Shown: positions 26,059 to 38,026 of the stretch, one piece after another
How positions within the stretch are numbered: position 1 is the stretch's first letter
Layout: each line of letters begins with the position of its first letter
Assembly: GCF_000143415.4 (NCBI RefSeq)
Contig: NW_003314330.1
Location: 310,001 to 374,000 of the forward strand
Length of the DNA stretch: 64,000 bases
Direction: 5' to 3'
From: Selaginella moellendorffii
Taxonomy: Eukaryota > Plantae > Lycopodiophyta
Made by a program: the position numbers and the translations under genes
Notes under the pieces: model-generated
Told to the model about the DNA's origin: nothing
Seen by the model: only the letters and a program-made list of their open reading frames with translations
Databases searched by the model: none

Positions 26059-27735
26059 ATGACCCTCTCTTTGCTGGATCTGGCTTGCCTAGCTCGAAGC
26101 TCCTCGAAACTGGGAGATTTATCAAAATGCATTGCAGTGCACGAAACTATCTCCAGCAGCGAGCACAGGGACAGCAGTTATCTCTCGAATCTTGTGCTGC
26201 AAATGTATGCCAAGTGTGGGGAAATTGGTCGGGCACTGAGCGTGTTCAGACGTATGAAAAATCCCAACGTTTTCTCCTACACGATCATGCTCGCGGCACT
26301 GGCACAAAACGGGAATCTGGATGATGCCAGAGTCTTGTTCGCCCAGATGCCCGAGCGCAATGTTGTATCGTGGACGACCATGATCTCATCGTGTGGGCAG
26401 CTTGGGCTTGTCGAAGAGGCAAAGCAGCTCTTTGATCAAATGCCGGAACCGAACACAGTGACTTGGAACTCGCTGATTCATACATATGCCGTAACTGGGC
26501 ATCTTTCTAAGGCGCAAAGTATGTTTGATCGAATGCCTGAAAGGAGTATTGTTTCTTGGAACGAGATCATTTCGATGTACGCACAAAGTGTTGAGGGTGG
26601 CAAGGCCAAGATTGTGTTTGATAGTTGTCCTGGATGGGATGTTGTTTCTTGGACAAGTATGATCCAAGCATTTGCCTTTTCTGGGGATATCCAAAGCGCT
26701 AGAGATGTGTTTCACGAGATGCCCGAGTGGAATGTGGTGTCTTGGAACACAATGGCTGGCGCGTTTGCGGAGAACGGGTACGCTGAAGAAGCTAGAATTC
26801 TTTTCGATTCGATGATGGAGCGATCGGAAGTGTCGTGGACAATCTTGCTGGGAGCTGCAGAAGATCTCGCAGAAGCAAAAGCCATCTTTGATGGCATGCC
26901 CGAATGGTCTGTCTTCTCTTGCACGGTGATGCTCCAAAAGCATGCCCAGTTCGGGCATATTGAACACGCCAAGAGCCTGTTTGATCAAATGCCCGAGTGG
27001 AACGGGGTGACTTTGAGCACAATGATATCCATGTATGCCTTAAACGGGTATCTCGTCGATGCCAAGCGCTTGTTCGATGGCTCACAAGAGAAAAACCTCA
27101 GCGCCTGGACAGTGCTTGTTCAAGGATACGCTCAAAACCTGGATCTAAGAAACACCAAAGCAACGTTTGATGCAATGCCAGAAAAGAACGTAGTTGCATG
27201 GACGTGCATGATCGAAGCAAATGCCCGATCGGGGCAAATACTTCAGGCGAAGAACATGTTTGATGCATTGCCCGAGCGCAACATCGTCTCGTACAACGTT
27301 GTCATTGAGGCGTTTGCGAGCTCCTCTCCGTCAACCATCCATTGGTTTCACGACATGCTGCTAAACGGGCAAGATCCCGACGAGTACTCGTTCATCAACG
27401 TTCTTACCGCGTGCAGCTGCAGCGGGAGCTTGTTCCAGGCGCGGGACTTTTTCGTTTCGATGCAGGGCGATCACGGGCTGCAGCCATCGCAACACCATTT
27501 TGCATCGATGCTGGATCTGCTGGGGCGGCTTGGACAAGTCCGAGACGCTGAAAAGATCCTGGGCGAGATGCCGTGTGAGGCGGACTCGGTGACTTGGGCG
27601 ACCTTGCTTGCCGCTTCGAGGATCCACAAGGCCAACGAAAGTGGCGCTCGAGCTGCCAGGAACGCTCTAGAACTTGAGACGATCAAGCCTGGAGCGTATT
27701 TGCTAGTTGCCGAGCTTGCAGCTAAAACCATTTGA
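26059..27735 (+). CDS. PLS-class PPR protein with truncated E domain; intronless
   Basis: Tandem motifs such as A..LFDQMPE.NVVSW; MYAKCG; HFASMLDLLGRLGQ..TWATLLAASRIH. First in-frame ATG at 26059. Confidence 0.92.
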   Translation: MTLSLLDLACLARSSSKLGDLSKCIAVHETISSSEHRDSSYLSNLVLQMYAKCGEIGRALSVFRRMKNPNVFSYTIMLAALAQNGNLDDARVLFAQMPERNVVSWTTMISSCGQLGLVEEAKQLFDQMPEPNTVTWNSLIHTYAVTGHLSKAQSMFDRMPERSIVSWNEIISMYAQSVEGGKAKIVFDSCPGWDVVSWTSMIQAFAFSGDIQSARDVFHEMPEWNVVSWNTMAGAFAENGYAEEARILFDSMMERSEVSWTILLGAAEDLAEAKAIFDGMPEWSVFSCTVMLQKHAQFGHIEHAKSLFDQMPEWNGVTLSTMISMYALNGYLVDAKRLFDGSQEKNLSAWTVLVQGYAQNLDLRNTKATFDAMPEKNVVAWTCMIEANARSGQILQAKNMFDALPERNIVSYNVVIEAFASSSPSTIHWFHDMLLNGQDPDEYSFINVLTACSCSGSLFQARDFFVSMQGDHGLQPSQHHFASMLDLLGRLGQVRDAEKILGEMPCEADSVTWATLLAASRIHKANESGARAARNALELETIKPGAYLLVAELAAKTI

Positions 27736-27826
27736 TCGTTCTTGTTGATCGGATAAACGATCTTGTCAATCCATTTCTCAAATGCTCTCGAGTGACAAAG
27801 AGATCACCTAAAGTTTCGCTGCTGGA

Positions 27827-28595
27827 TCACGACTTCTTCTTGGTGTCTGACCCCGAGTATTTCCTGTCGAAGTAAGCTAGCTGGTTCCGGAGGTGACCAT
27901 TGTCCTCGAGTAGCCGATCGTATTCCAAGAGGAAACCTTCGCCCTGTTTCTTGAGAGCCTGGACGCTGGCTTCTGCCGCTCGGAGCTCCTTCGTCCTGCC
28001 CTCGGCATCGATCTTCATGTTCTCGAGCTTGGCTCTCAAGTCGTTGATCGTCCCATCCTTTGCAGCGGAATCGAGATTCATCCTCTCCATTCTTGCGCGC
28101 AAGTCACTGACAAGGTGTTCCAGGTGATCAAACTCCACCTGTTTTTGTTTAAGCTGGAACTTCTCATTCTCCGAGGTCTTGAGCTGGAGCTTGAGCAAAC
28201 GCAAGGTTTCTCTCAGTGGCTCATCCTGGCACACGATCCTGTGGATCTGGCGAATCACTATCGCCACGAACAAACTCGATCCTACAAAACATACAGATTA
28301 GAAACTCTTGCAGAGGAAAAAATTTTTTTTTTTGACTCTCGATCTTACCAGTTAGAGCCGCCAAAGCGCGTTGATAGTGGAGATCTACCAAAGACGCTGT
28401 GCGCATTCTAAACACAGCAGTAGCAAATGCAATAGAGAGATACCCGATGATCAAACGAGAAAGAGCTCGCCCCTTCCCGATCACGAAGATTCCAACGCAC
28501 GATCCAGCGGCGCGACTGAGAGTTGAGAATCTGCTCACAAGGAGCAGCAGCACAACGCATTCGATCGCCGCGAGCGCACTGAGCGCCTCCAGCAT
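27827..28595 (-). CDS. BAP31: BAP31-like ER membrane protein (2 exons)
   Basis: Three N-terminal hydrophobic helices, coiled coil, LKKQGEGFLLEYDRLLEDN motif, C-terminal di-lysine (TKKKS). Confidence 0.85.
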
Positions 28596-28769
28596 TTTTT
28601 TCCGTCCTCCCAAAAGCCCTAAGTCATTGTAAACCCTGGAAGCTTTAAAGGCGTACACGTGGCGGGCATCCAAGGGCAAACGAAGAACAGCCCATTCTCC
28701 CGCGTTTTATTTCGAAGCTTTGGCGCCCAGCATTAATAGGGTTTTGGGGTTCCAGGGGATTGATCGGCG
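28596..28769. promoter_or_regulatory. Compact divergent promoter region BAP31/BRCA1 with E2F-like site, G-box and telo-box
   Basis: TTTGGCGC at 28719-28726; CACGTG at 28656-28661; TAGGGTTT at 28737-28744; 174 bp between the divergent ATGs. Confidence 0.5.
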
Positions 28770-31732
28770 ATGGCGGCAGTGGCGCCTCATCTGGAGCGCT
28801 TCGGCAGGGAGCTCAAGTGTCCAATCTGGTACACTTCTTTCTTCTCTTCTATCGGATCTTGTTGATCACTTGATCTTCGCTTGTAGCTTGAGTCTATTCC
28901 AGCAAGCCGCGGTGCTTTCTTGCACCCATTGCTTTTGCAAGTAAGTATATCGTTTCTTTTTGTGGAGAGGTCATTAACACATTGGTGCTCTCAGGCCGTG
29001 CATTCTTACATCCTTGAAGGGCATGCCATTCTGTCCTGTATGTAAAGTCCCTGCCACGAGACGAGGTGAGCCATTGGGCCGTGCGCTTTTGTCTAGCAGT
29101 TCTAAGTTTTTCATCCTTTGCTAGAGGTGAGGCCTTCGCCAAAGATGGATAACGTTGTGGGAATTTATCGGGATATAGAAGCTGCGGTTGGAATCACACC
29201 GTTTGCTAGTCAGGATCCAAATACTCATGGTAAGGAGCAGACATGAAAGAAGATTTCTAATAGAGCATTCCTACGTGCAGGATTTCACAAGCAAACGAAA
29301 GGAGGTGACAATTCCCCTGAACGCGGAAATGCCACTAAGAGAATTCCTTCTAAGAAAAGAGTTCAGGCGCCTCAGATGGCCAGTTCTGGGAATGTCAAAG
29401 ATAAAGAGAAATCTCGCAAGAAGAAACGTAAAGCACAAGTTGAAGAAGAAGAAGAAGACTTGAATCCAGTGAGTCTTAATGACTTTGAGAACTTTGAAGC
29501 TGAGCTTGCAAAGGAGAAGGCTTGGGAATTTGGACGATGCGAAGCTGCCTCTTCGTCGAAACTGCAAAAGACTGCTGAACATAATACTGCGCAACGGGAA
29601 CTTCCTCGACAAAGTACTCCTCTTGCTCCTTTCTTCTGGCTCTCCTCGCAAGATGATCCACAGATAACGCAGACACATCCATCGCCGGATATTGCTGCAA
29701 ATCGCCCTTCGTTCAGCGACCTCAAAAGCTCAGAGCATCACTCAAGTGAACAAGATATGGTAAGAGATGCTTTTATTTCCTGCTTAAGTAACACGGATCG
29801 TGCAGGAAGACGTATCAAAAGGTCATGGAGCGGATTCTGATCCATTTCTTTGGACTCAGCGTGCATGCTCTCCCGAACTTGAAGGCAATGCTCACGACGA
29901 TATGGTAAACTTCGTTAGTTCGACGCTCTTGTTTTTCGGCCTTACTCACGTGTAATGTAGATGAACTTGATCGTGGAGGATTCACAAGAACTTGATCCTT
30001 ATCTTCCTATTAAGCAGTTTTTAGAAGGTGACACAGACTCAGGAAAAAGCGTGATTAGAAGAGCACGCGTGGATCCTGTCAAGGTTGAAGTTCCTTTTGA
30101 CAAGATTCCTTGGACGGAGAAGCCGCATGCACCTGTATCAGAAGGTCCACCAAAAGAAGGCGATGTTAAGCCAGTTCGGTCTCCTGCAAAGAAGAGAAAC
30201 AACAGGATAAGTAAAAGTCCTGTGCGTCAAGCTGGTAATGGTACTGTACAAGAACGCGAAGTTTCTCCCCGGAAATCTGGAGAGGCTGTTTGTGCATTCT
30301 GCCAGCGTGCAGGCGATTGTTCTGTAAGAAATTCGCCGTTTTGAGTTTTTTAGAACTGATTGTCCGGATGCAGGTTTGTGGAGACCTGATGGCTTACAAG
30401 AACGGTCTTCTTTTTCCAAGAAATAGCGGTGCCAAAAACGTTGTTCACAAGCTTTGTGCTGAATGGTATGCTTTTCTTTTCTTCTGTTTACTTGTTAGAT
30501 TCTATGTTTTCTTCAGGGCACCTAAAGTCTACTTTATTGGCGATGAAAATGAAAACAAACTGCAAAATTTGGAGTCAGAAATTTTCCGGGCCCGGAAGCT
30601 TAAGTGTAAGAGCTGCAAGAGAAAAGGTGCAGCATTGGGTTGCTATTGGAACAGCTGTCGTAAATCTTTCCACTATCACTGTGCGAAAGCTGATTCCAAC
30701 TTCAAGTTCGACACGGTATATGATTTATGAATTTCTTGGACACTAATGAATGGTTTCCGTTTGCAGACACGGTTTCTCGTGCTTTGTCCAGTCCACGCGA
30801 CCGGTTCTTTTTCTGGGAAACGAAGAAAAAGCTCCTCAGAAACAAAACAAAAAACGTCGAGACCAAGGTAGTAAAGCTCTCTTATTACTCTCAAGCTCCA
30901 ATGGATCATCTTGCAGAGGTGGGAAAGCCAACAAAGCAGAAGCGCAAAATTGTCCTAGAAAATATGTCTTCTGCGGTTCAAGTTTGGATACTCGTGACAA
31001 GGTAAAGATCAATTTTAAGGTTTTATACGCCACCTGCATAACTTTTCTCAGGAGCAACTGGCAAAGTTCGCATCAGCAACAGGATCACTCGTCGAATCAT
31101 CGTGGAACCATAATGTGACCCATGTGCTTGCTGGTCCCGACGCGACTGGCGGTGCTCGGAGGACACTAAAGCTCTTGAGGGGGATTCTGGAAGGAAAATG
31201 GATATTGCAGCCTGAGTGTACGTAAACCACATTGAACTTCTCACACCGCTGATGAGCTCGATTGCTTGTACAGGGTTAACCGCCTGCCTATCAGCTGGCC
31301 ATTTCGTAGACGAGGCACCATACGAAGCTCGAGTTGATGTACAAGGCAGACTTGAGGAGGGACCCAAGCAAGGAAGACTTCTTGCAAACTCAGAGGTCTG
31401 GAGCACTTGCACACTTTTTCTTGGCTTAACAAACATCTCGTTCTTTTGTTCAGGCCCCGAAGCTGTTTACCTTGCTAGACTTCTACTTCACCGAGTTTGA
31501 GGGGTCACTGAAAACGGACCTGGAGACCCTGGTCCGAGCCGGTGGTGGAACCGTGCTACATCGTCAGCCTGTCTCTCCATTGCCCAAGACAACACTGGTT
31601 ATCTATCCACAAGACGGCAAAACGCAACGGAAAGCAGCAGCCTCGATATCCGAAGCTACTGGAGCCGTCGCTCTGGAACACACTTGGATCCTCAACTCCA
31701 TAGCCGGCTACCGCCTTCAACCTTTGCGGTAA
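28770..31732 (+). CDS. BRCA1: BRCA1 (RING, extended PHD, tandem BRCT); multi-exon
   Basis: MAAVAPHLERFGRELKCPICLSLF...CTHCFC...CPVCKVP; LAPFFWL; PSFSDLK; CAFCQ..HKLCAEWAP..CKSCKRKGAALGC..CRKSFHYHCA; BRCT motifs THVLAG..RRTLK..GILEGKWI and WILNSIA. Confidence 0.92.
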
Positions 31733-31814
31733 AGGTGTTTCTTCCTTTTTGTTCTTTACTTAAGCAAATGGTTTTTAGGGATCAACCAAATTGGGAGGAA
31801 AAGGAAAAGCTCTG

Positions 31815-32414
31815 ATGGAGCTCCAAGACAACGATAGGTACAAGCTAGTGATCAAACTCCAGGGCCGGGGGAATTCCATGAAAACCAAAGTCGACAACAT
31901 AGCCGAGGTGTGCAAAGCGCTGGGACGCTCGCCGGCGCTGGTGACGAGGTTCTTTGGCTGCGAGCTCGGGGTGCTTTCGAGCTACAGCGACGACACCAAC
32001 ACCGCCATCGTCAATGGCTCCCACGACACAGAGAAGCTGGCAAAACTCCTCGACAAATTCATTGCTAAGTATGTGCTGTGCTACGAGTGCAAGAATCCAG
32101 AGACGGAGTTTACGGTGGACAAGATGATCCGGCTCAAGTGCGCTGCGTGTGGTCACTCGTCCGAGGTTGATCTCCTCAAGAACGACGAGGTGGTGAGGAA
32201 GTTCTACTGTGGCGGTGGCGGCGCCGCTAAGAAAGCTACCAAGGTGGCAAAGGGGCCGAGCAAGAAGAACGCTCCAGTGGTGATTGCGAAGAAGGGCGAT
32301 GAAGACGATCAAGAGGATGACGATGGAGTGGAGTGGCAAACCGATCCTTCGAAGGAAGCGGCCCAAGAACGCTTGAAAGAGCAGCTTAGCTCTAACCTTG
32401 GATGGTTACTTTAA
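31815..32414 (+). CDS. eIF5: Intronless eIF5-like protein: N-terminal GAP/zinc-finger domain plus linker, no W2 C-terminal domain
   Basis: RYK..QGRGNSMKT..KALGR..FFGCELG..IVNGSHD..FIAKYVLCYECKNPET..KCAACG; DDGVEWQTDPSKEAAQERLKEQL, then stop. Confidence 0.85.
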   Translation: MELQDNDRYKLVIKLQGRGNSMKTKVDNIAEVCKALGRSPALVTRFFGCELGVLSSYSDDTNTAIVNGSHDTEKLAKLLDKFIAKYVLCYECKNPETEFTVDKMIRLKCAACGHSSEVDLLKNDEVVRKFYCGGGGAAKKATKVAKGPSKKNAPVVIAKKGDEDDQEDDDGVEWQTDPSKEAAQERLKEQLSSNLGWLL

Positions 32415-32888
32415 ACCAGCCCTGCGTTTAAAGTAATTAATTTTGCTTAATTTTAAGTTTAATTTAATGGAGAGAGTTCTTTCTACCTTTAGGTCTTTTA
32501 TGTTTGTTTAAAAGAGAGATTTCCAGGTCGGCACCGGCGCTCCTCTCCTTCCTAGCCTGGCTAAAAGGCCGCGCGATTTTCTCGTCGATCGAGCAGCCGA
32601 TCGCCGCCCAGCGCGGCCACCAGGTCTGTTCTTCGCTCTCGATTTGCGAATGCCGGCGATCTTTTTCTCGATTCGACATCCTAACCGAGGGCTTCGCCAA
32701 TGCAGTGTGAGATTTCCGGAGGAGCTGCAGTACTCGCGCCTGGCGGCGGCATCATGGACTCGATTTTCGCGGATCGGGCTGCATCGTTCATCGCAGCACT
32801 GCTCCTGGCGGCATGAAAGAAGTGAGTGAGAAATGCAGCTTAGCTGGGATCTGTGGCGGACCAGCGGTGAGATGAGACACGACAGGGG

Positions 32889-35338
32889 ATGCGTCTGGTG
32901 GCGTCGGAGCTCGCGAGGCGTGTAGCAGGCGATTTAAGACAGGGAATTTCCATGTCGGCGGTGACGAGCAAGAGAAAGGTCCACTGGAGATGGAAGTTAC
33001 TGGCTTACGCGTTCTTCCTGGCTATGGCGTCGTGTCTTATCTACATGACCATCCTGGTGCCGCAGTTCCTCAAGCCCAGCCTTCTCATCTTCGACGGGTT
33101 TTCCAGCATCGACGAAAGCTATAAGAACGCGCACGAGCAGTATGAAGTGAGCCGCCACCACCATGAAGGGCCGGGACAGATCAGAGTTTCTAAGCCGGAG
33201 AGGCAAGCTTCTAAGGAAATGTCACTCGTCCAGGATGATGTTTACAAGTGGTACTCTGGCTTGAATCCACTGCTCCGGAAGACCAACAAAGGGACGAGCT
33301 TTATCATCAAGCAGCCCAGGCAGGCACTCAAGCAGTGGATGGGCGATGTCTCGGAGCTCCAGCGTGCCGCGAACGAAGCTCTGGCTGCCGGGTCCGAGTC
33401 CTGGAAAAACGTTGTGGCGATGAGCAAGAATGGTTCGCGTAAAGTTGCTGAGAGGCCGCGTGGTAAACAGGAGTGTCCACTGGAGCGAACAATGACTAGG
33501 CAGGAGCTGGAAAATGCTGGGATGGCGATGGTGCTGCCTTGTGGACTCGAAATGGGATCATCGGTCACTGTGGTTGGCAAGCCTCATGGCGGACGTATGG
33601 AGTATGTCAAGGGGAGAGTGGAGAAGTCCGTGATGGTGAGACAGTTCGTGGTGGAGCTGCAAGCTCTTAAACCCGGCAGGACTGAAGAGCCTCCCCGCGT
33701 CCTTCATCTCAATCCGAGACTATCAGGTGACTGGAGCGACAAACCTGTCATTGAGATTAACAGCTGCTTCCATGGAAAATGGGGTGTCTCGCAGAGATGT
33801 CATGGATTGCAGTCTCAAGAAGATGAAACAGGTATGATTCCCAGACCTTGCTTCGTTTTTTCTGTTTCTTTTCTTATTGTTTCTTAAACGTCTTACAGTT
33901 GACGGACTTTATCAGTGCGAAGAGTGGCTTCAAGAAGGCACTGAAATTAAAAAGAGCAGCGGATCGCTGTCGTGGTGGAAGTCACTGTTTCAAAACGCTG
34001 AAAAGTCGGACGACTTGTTGTGGCATTTCCCATTTGCCGAGGACCGGTTCTTTGTTCTTACTATCAGAGCCGGATTTGAGGGCTACCATCTTATTGTAGA
34101 CGGAAGGCACATTGCATCTTTCCCGTATAGAGAGGTTTGTATGTCCGTGTTCGTTGTTGGAACTTCGCTACTAATGCTTGGCGACAGGATTTCAGTTTGG
34201 AGGATGCAACTGGAGTGTTTGTCGGTGGACATCTCGACGTGCACTTGGTCATGGCGACGTCTCTTCGCTTATCAAACTCCAGTATTCCTTTGACAGAAAC
34301 TTTGGAACTCATTCCAAAGTGGAAAGCACCAGTTCCGGCCAATCCAAGTCCCGAGCTGTTCATAGGAATTTCCTCGACGAGTTCTCATTTTGGAGAGCGT
34401 ATGGCCGCTAGAAAGACTTGGATGCGTTCACCATCTATCCTTTCCGGTCGAGTAGTTGCCAGATTTTTTGTTGCACTGGTAAGAGAAGCTTATTTCGACT
34501 CCGAGCAGCTCACTGACGAGTTCCAACTATAGTGTGCAGATAACTACATGAACTTACAAGTCAAGCAAGAAGCTGATTTCTACGGAGACATGATCATCAT
34601 CCCCTTCATGGACCGGTATGAACTTGTCGTTCTGAAAACTATAGCAATCTGTGAATTCGGGGTAAGCAACACGCTATGCATTTCCTTTACAAAGCGCTTC
34701 CACAGGTTCGCAACTTCTCAGCTAAGTACACCATGAAGTGCGACGACGATACGTTCTCTCACGTCGAGTCCATTCTCCACGAGCTGGAAATGACTCCTTA
34801 CAAGACCGGACTTTACATGGGGAACATCAACCGGTACCACAGACCGCAGAGAATGGGAAAATGGGCTGTTACTTACAAGGTACGTTGGCTTTGATTCATA
34901 TCTATCTAGATCAAGACAATGAGAATAATGGGACAATGCAGGAATGGCCCGAGGACGAGTACCCGTTATACGCCGACGGTCCCGGATACGTGGTATCAGC
35001 CGACATTGCGAATTTCATAGTGGAGCACCATGAGAAGCGTACTCTTCGCGTAAGTTTTAGAGAGTTTTTCTAGCTTTCGAGCTCTAGAGCTTTTGGAGAG
35101 ATCTGGAGATCTAATGTGGAGCCTTTTGTGACAGATTTTCAAGATGGAGGACGTGAGCATGGGACTGTGGGTGTCGCAATTCGCGCTCTCGAATCCAGTC
35201 TACTACATCCACCACTCCAAGTTTTGTCAATGGGGGTGTGTGGAGGACTACTACACGGCACACTACATGTCGCCCCGCCAGATGGTTTGTATGTGGCAAA
35301 AGCTCTCGCGAGGAAAAGCTCAGTGCTGCAATATGTGA
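32889..35338 (+). CDS. GALT: Hydroxyproline O-galactosyltransferase (GT31 with galectin domain); multi-exon
   Basis: N-terminal TM; [15 protein letters not shown]; [12 protein letters not shown]; [10 protein letters not shown]; MKCDDDTF; [13 protein letters not shown]; [12 protein letters not shown]; CCNM*. Confidence 0.93.
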
Positions 35339-35869
35339 GGAGAAAATCGCTTTGCTCGCTCGTTCTTCTTTTTCCGCATGTAATTTTGTACGGCTGCGAT
35401 GAAGTGACTCTGACGGTTGTGATTTTTGCGACGAATCGACGGTTTTGATCGTTGTTTATTTGTTGACTACCTTTTTCGTTTACTATGTCAGCCTTTAGGG
35501 TTTAGGGATTGTGCAAATTCTCTGAGCACACTTGACCAATTGAGGCTCTTGCAGAGTGCGAGCTTCTTCTACATAGATTATCCAAACTTCTATCCAGGGA
35601 TCTTCCCCTGTTGATGACATTCCATTTGTTCTTTACCATTCTTGCACTGCATTCTTCTAAGTGATTCGTTTCTGATATTGTTTCGTTCGTTTCTTCCACA
35701 CTTCAGTCGGAGCATTTCAAAATCCAGGCTCATTAGATAGATAAACATTTGTATAGTCACCAGACTTCTAATCCTTTCTCACCACTCCAAAACGTTTGGA
35801 TACAGGCTGATCTAGCCTTCTTTTTTCGGGGACCCAGACACTACTGCGGAGTCCGCCAGGTTCACACGG

Positions 35870-37160
35870 ACATGTCGAGCGAACTTTGCTTTAGGAGATC
35901 GAATTCGAGAACCATGGCGGAGGTAGTGCTGTACACGAGGTTGTGGCTGAGCAAAACGTGGTTCAAAGTCTGGGCGCTAACAAGATCAAGCCGAAGCCAT
36001 GATCGAGGCAGAAAGCGAAGCTGGGCAGGAGGAATCGTTGGCTAACTCTCGAAAGAATCTCTAGAAGAAGCCGAAGGGACGAGCGAAGGGACCCTGTAGG
36101 TTAGCGCTAGTCGAGCACGAAGAGGCTGAAGTGCTACCGTCAATGACATAACTTGAGGTGACGGATCTCCTTGGCCCCGGTGGTCCGAAAAGGCTTCTTA
36201 TAGTTGATGAAGCCCAGGCTGCATTTGGCCGTGACTATGTTATGGAAAACTCTGAGGACCAGGGCGTCGGGATGAGGAGCAGAACACGTCCCAACAACAG
36301 GTGGGATTCTCTCAAGGTAAGCATCTGCTCAAGGATTTTATGCATGTAACTTTCTAGGCCTTCAGGTGGTTATGACTCATGGTTTTTCTTTGCAATTCAG
36401 TGATGTGGAAGAAGGCAGTAGACTTTTGGCTAGCATGGATGCGGTACTCCGGATTTAAAGACCTTGATGATGAATTACGAGATTGGATTATCCATTTATC
36501 CGATAAGCAGACAGGATTTATGGCGGAAATTTTGGATTGGCTTGCGGGCACTGGGATTGGGACAGAAAGGCCGAGCTGGCTAAGTGAGTACTTCATCCAC
36601 AGAATACCATTTTGCCGACTGTCAGAGTATACAGTCGTAAGCTGTCTGTGTCTTGAAAGTAGTGTGAAAGGTTATACAGGTTCTACGACAAAGTTGATAG
36701 TCCCTCTCGTGTTTACCGCTCCTTAATAGTGTGCTTACTTGCGAATATTGAGGTATGCATGCATCTTTATCTGTTTGAAATGTCCTTGGTTGCAGGTGGC
36801 ATATGATTCGCTTTCACAAGAGATGCAAGACGCTGTCCATGAGCTACGTCTGCATGGCCAGCTTATGGAGAACACGCGGGGAATCTCTTCTAGAGTGCAC
36901 GAATGTGTTTTCTTCAGGCGCATCTACAAGGGTATATTGCCTGTAGCTGAGGTAAATGCTATGGAGTTCCTTGGTTTTAGAGCACTTCTCGTTCAAGGTG
37001 TTATGAGAGGGGTCGAGCAAATGAGAAAGATACCACCCCATGCGAGCATTGTCTGAAGAATGAGTTCTACAAGTCTGTGACTTGGATCTGTTTCTATTAC
37101 GTGACATGAATGTGTTTGCAGGTCAATATGCTCCTTGCTTGAACCTGGCATCTACCAATG
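35870..37160 (+). pseudogene. Unknown spliced gene or remnant with a Walker-B-like motif (possible P-loop NTPase)
   Basis: RLLIVDEAQAAFG followed by NRWDSLK and a GT donor; helical LRDWIIHLSDKQTGFMAEILDWL; no clear Walker A. Confidence 0.35.
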
Positions 37161-37535
37161 TGGGACCTTGTTGGTGTCAGATGCTTTGTTGATTATTATT
37201 TGGCATGGTTTTTTGGGACCACAAAACGTTTGCATCTTGAAATTAGATAAAATTAAATGTGTTTTCCTACTTGTTTTAGGCTACTTGTATATTCTAGACT
37301 CAGGCAGAACAGCCTTTATTTTCTGAACTTCTCAAAGGCTTATGTTATGATTGATATATCGAATGAGAGGGGATTTGTGAGATAACATGCCAAATGAGTA
37401 TGGGGCAGAATTAGTTGCTGTTGTATTTCTTCGGACTTTGAAACAACAACAAATTTTCCGAGAACATTCGCTCTTGGAAATATATAATCTCAAAAGAAAA
37501 CTATCACAAGTTTGCAGTTTTGCTGTTTGGATGTC

Positions 37536-37725
37536 GATCTAATGTGGGAGCCTTTTGTGACAGATGAATCTGTATCGCAATTTCCGCTTACATCCCACCA
37601 CTCCACCACTCCAACTTTTGTCAATGAGGGTGTTACACGGCACACCACATGTCGCCCCGGCTCGCGTTGTACGGCTACGATGAAGTGACTCTAACGGTTG
37701 TGATCTTTGCGATGAATCGACGGTT
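37536..37725 (+). repeat. Degenerate duplicate of the GALT last intron/exon and 3' UTR (35108-35445)
   Basis: Shared blocks gagccttttgtgacagat; acatgtcgcccc; ttgtacggct.cgatgaagtgactct..gaatcgacggtt. Confidence 0.8.
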
Positions 37726-38026
37726 GTGCTTTGCTTGTGCCCGTCACGCTCGTCACCGCCCATCTTTTCTTCTCTCATGCCTCTGTTGATCTCGCCGCTC
37801 TTTCCTTCCGTACAGCGATCACTCCAATATATTGTTCCTGCTATTAGGGTTTATGGGATGACCGAATGCGGTAGCGCGAGCGCGAGTGCGATCCAGGAGG
37901 GATCGCTTCCGAAATTCCGCGTCGCGATCGGTTAGAGCTCCGGCTGGAGGATTTTTCTTGAGAGATTGCAAGGGTTTGCGAGCAGCGCCAATGCCAGTTC
38001 CGAGGTATTGACGCTCTTCCTGTGAA

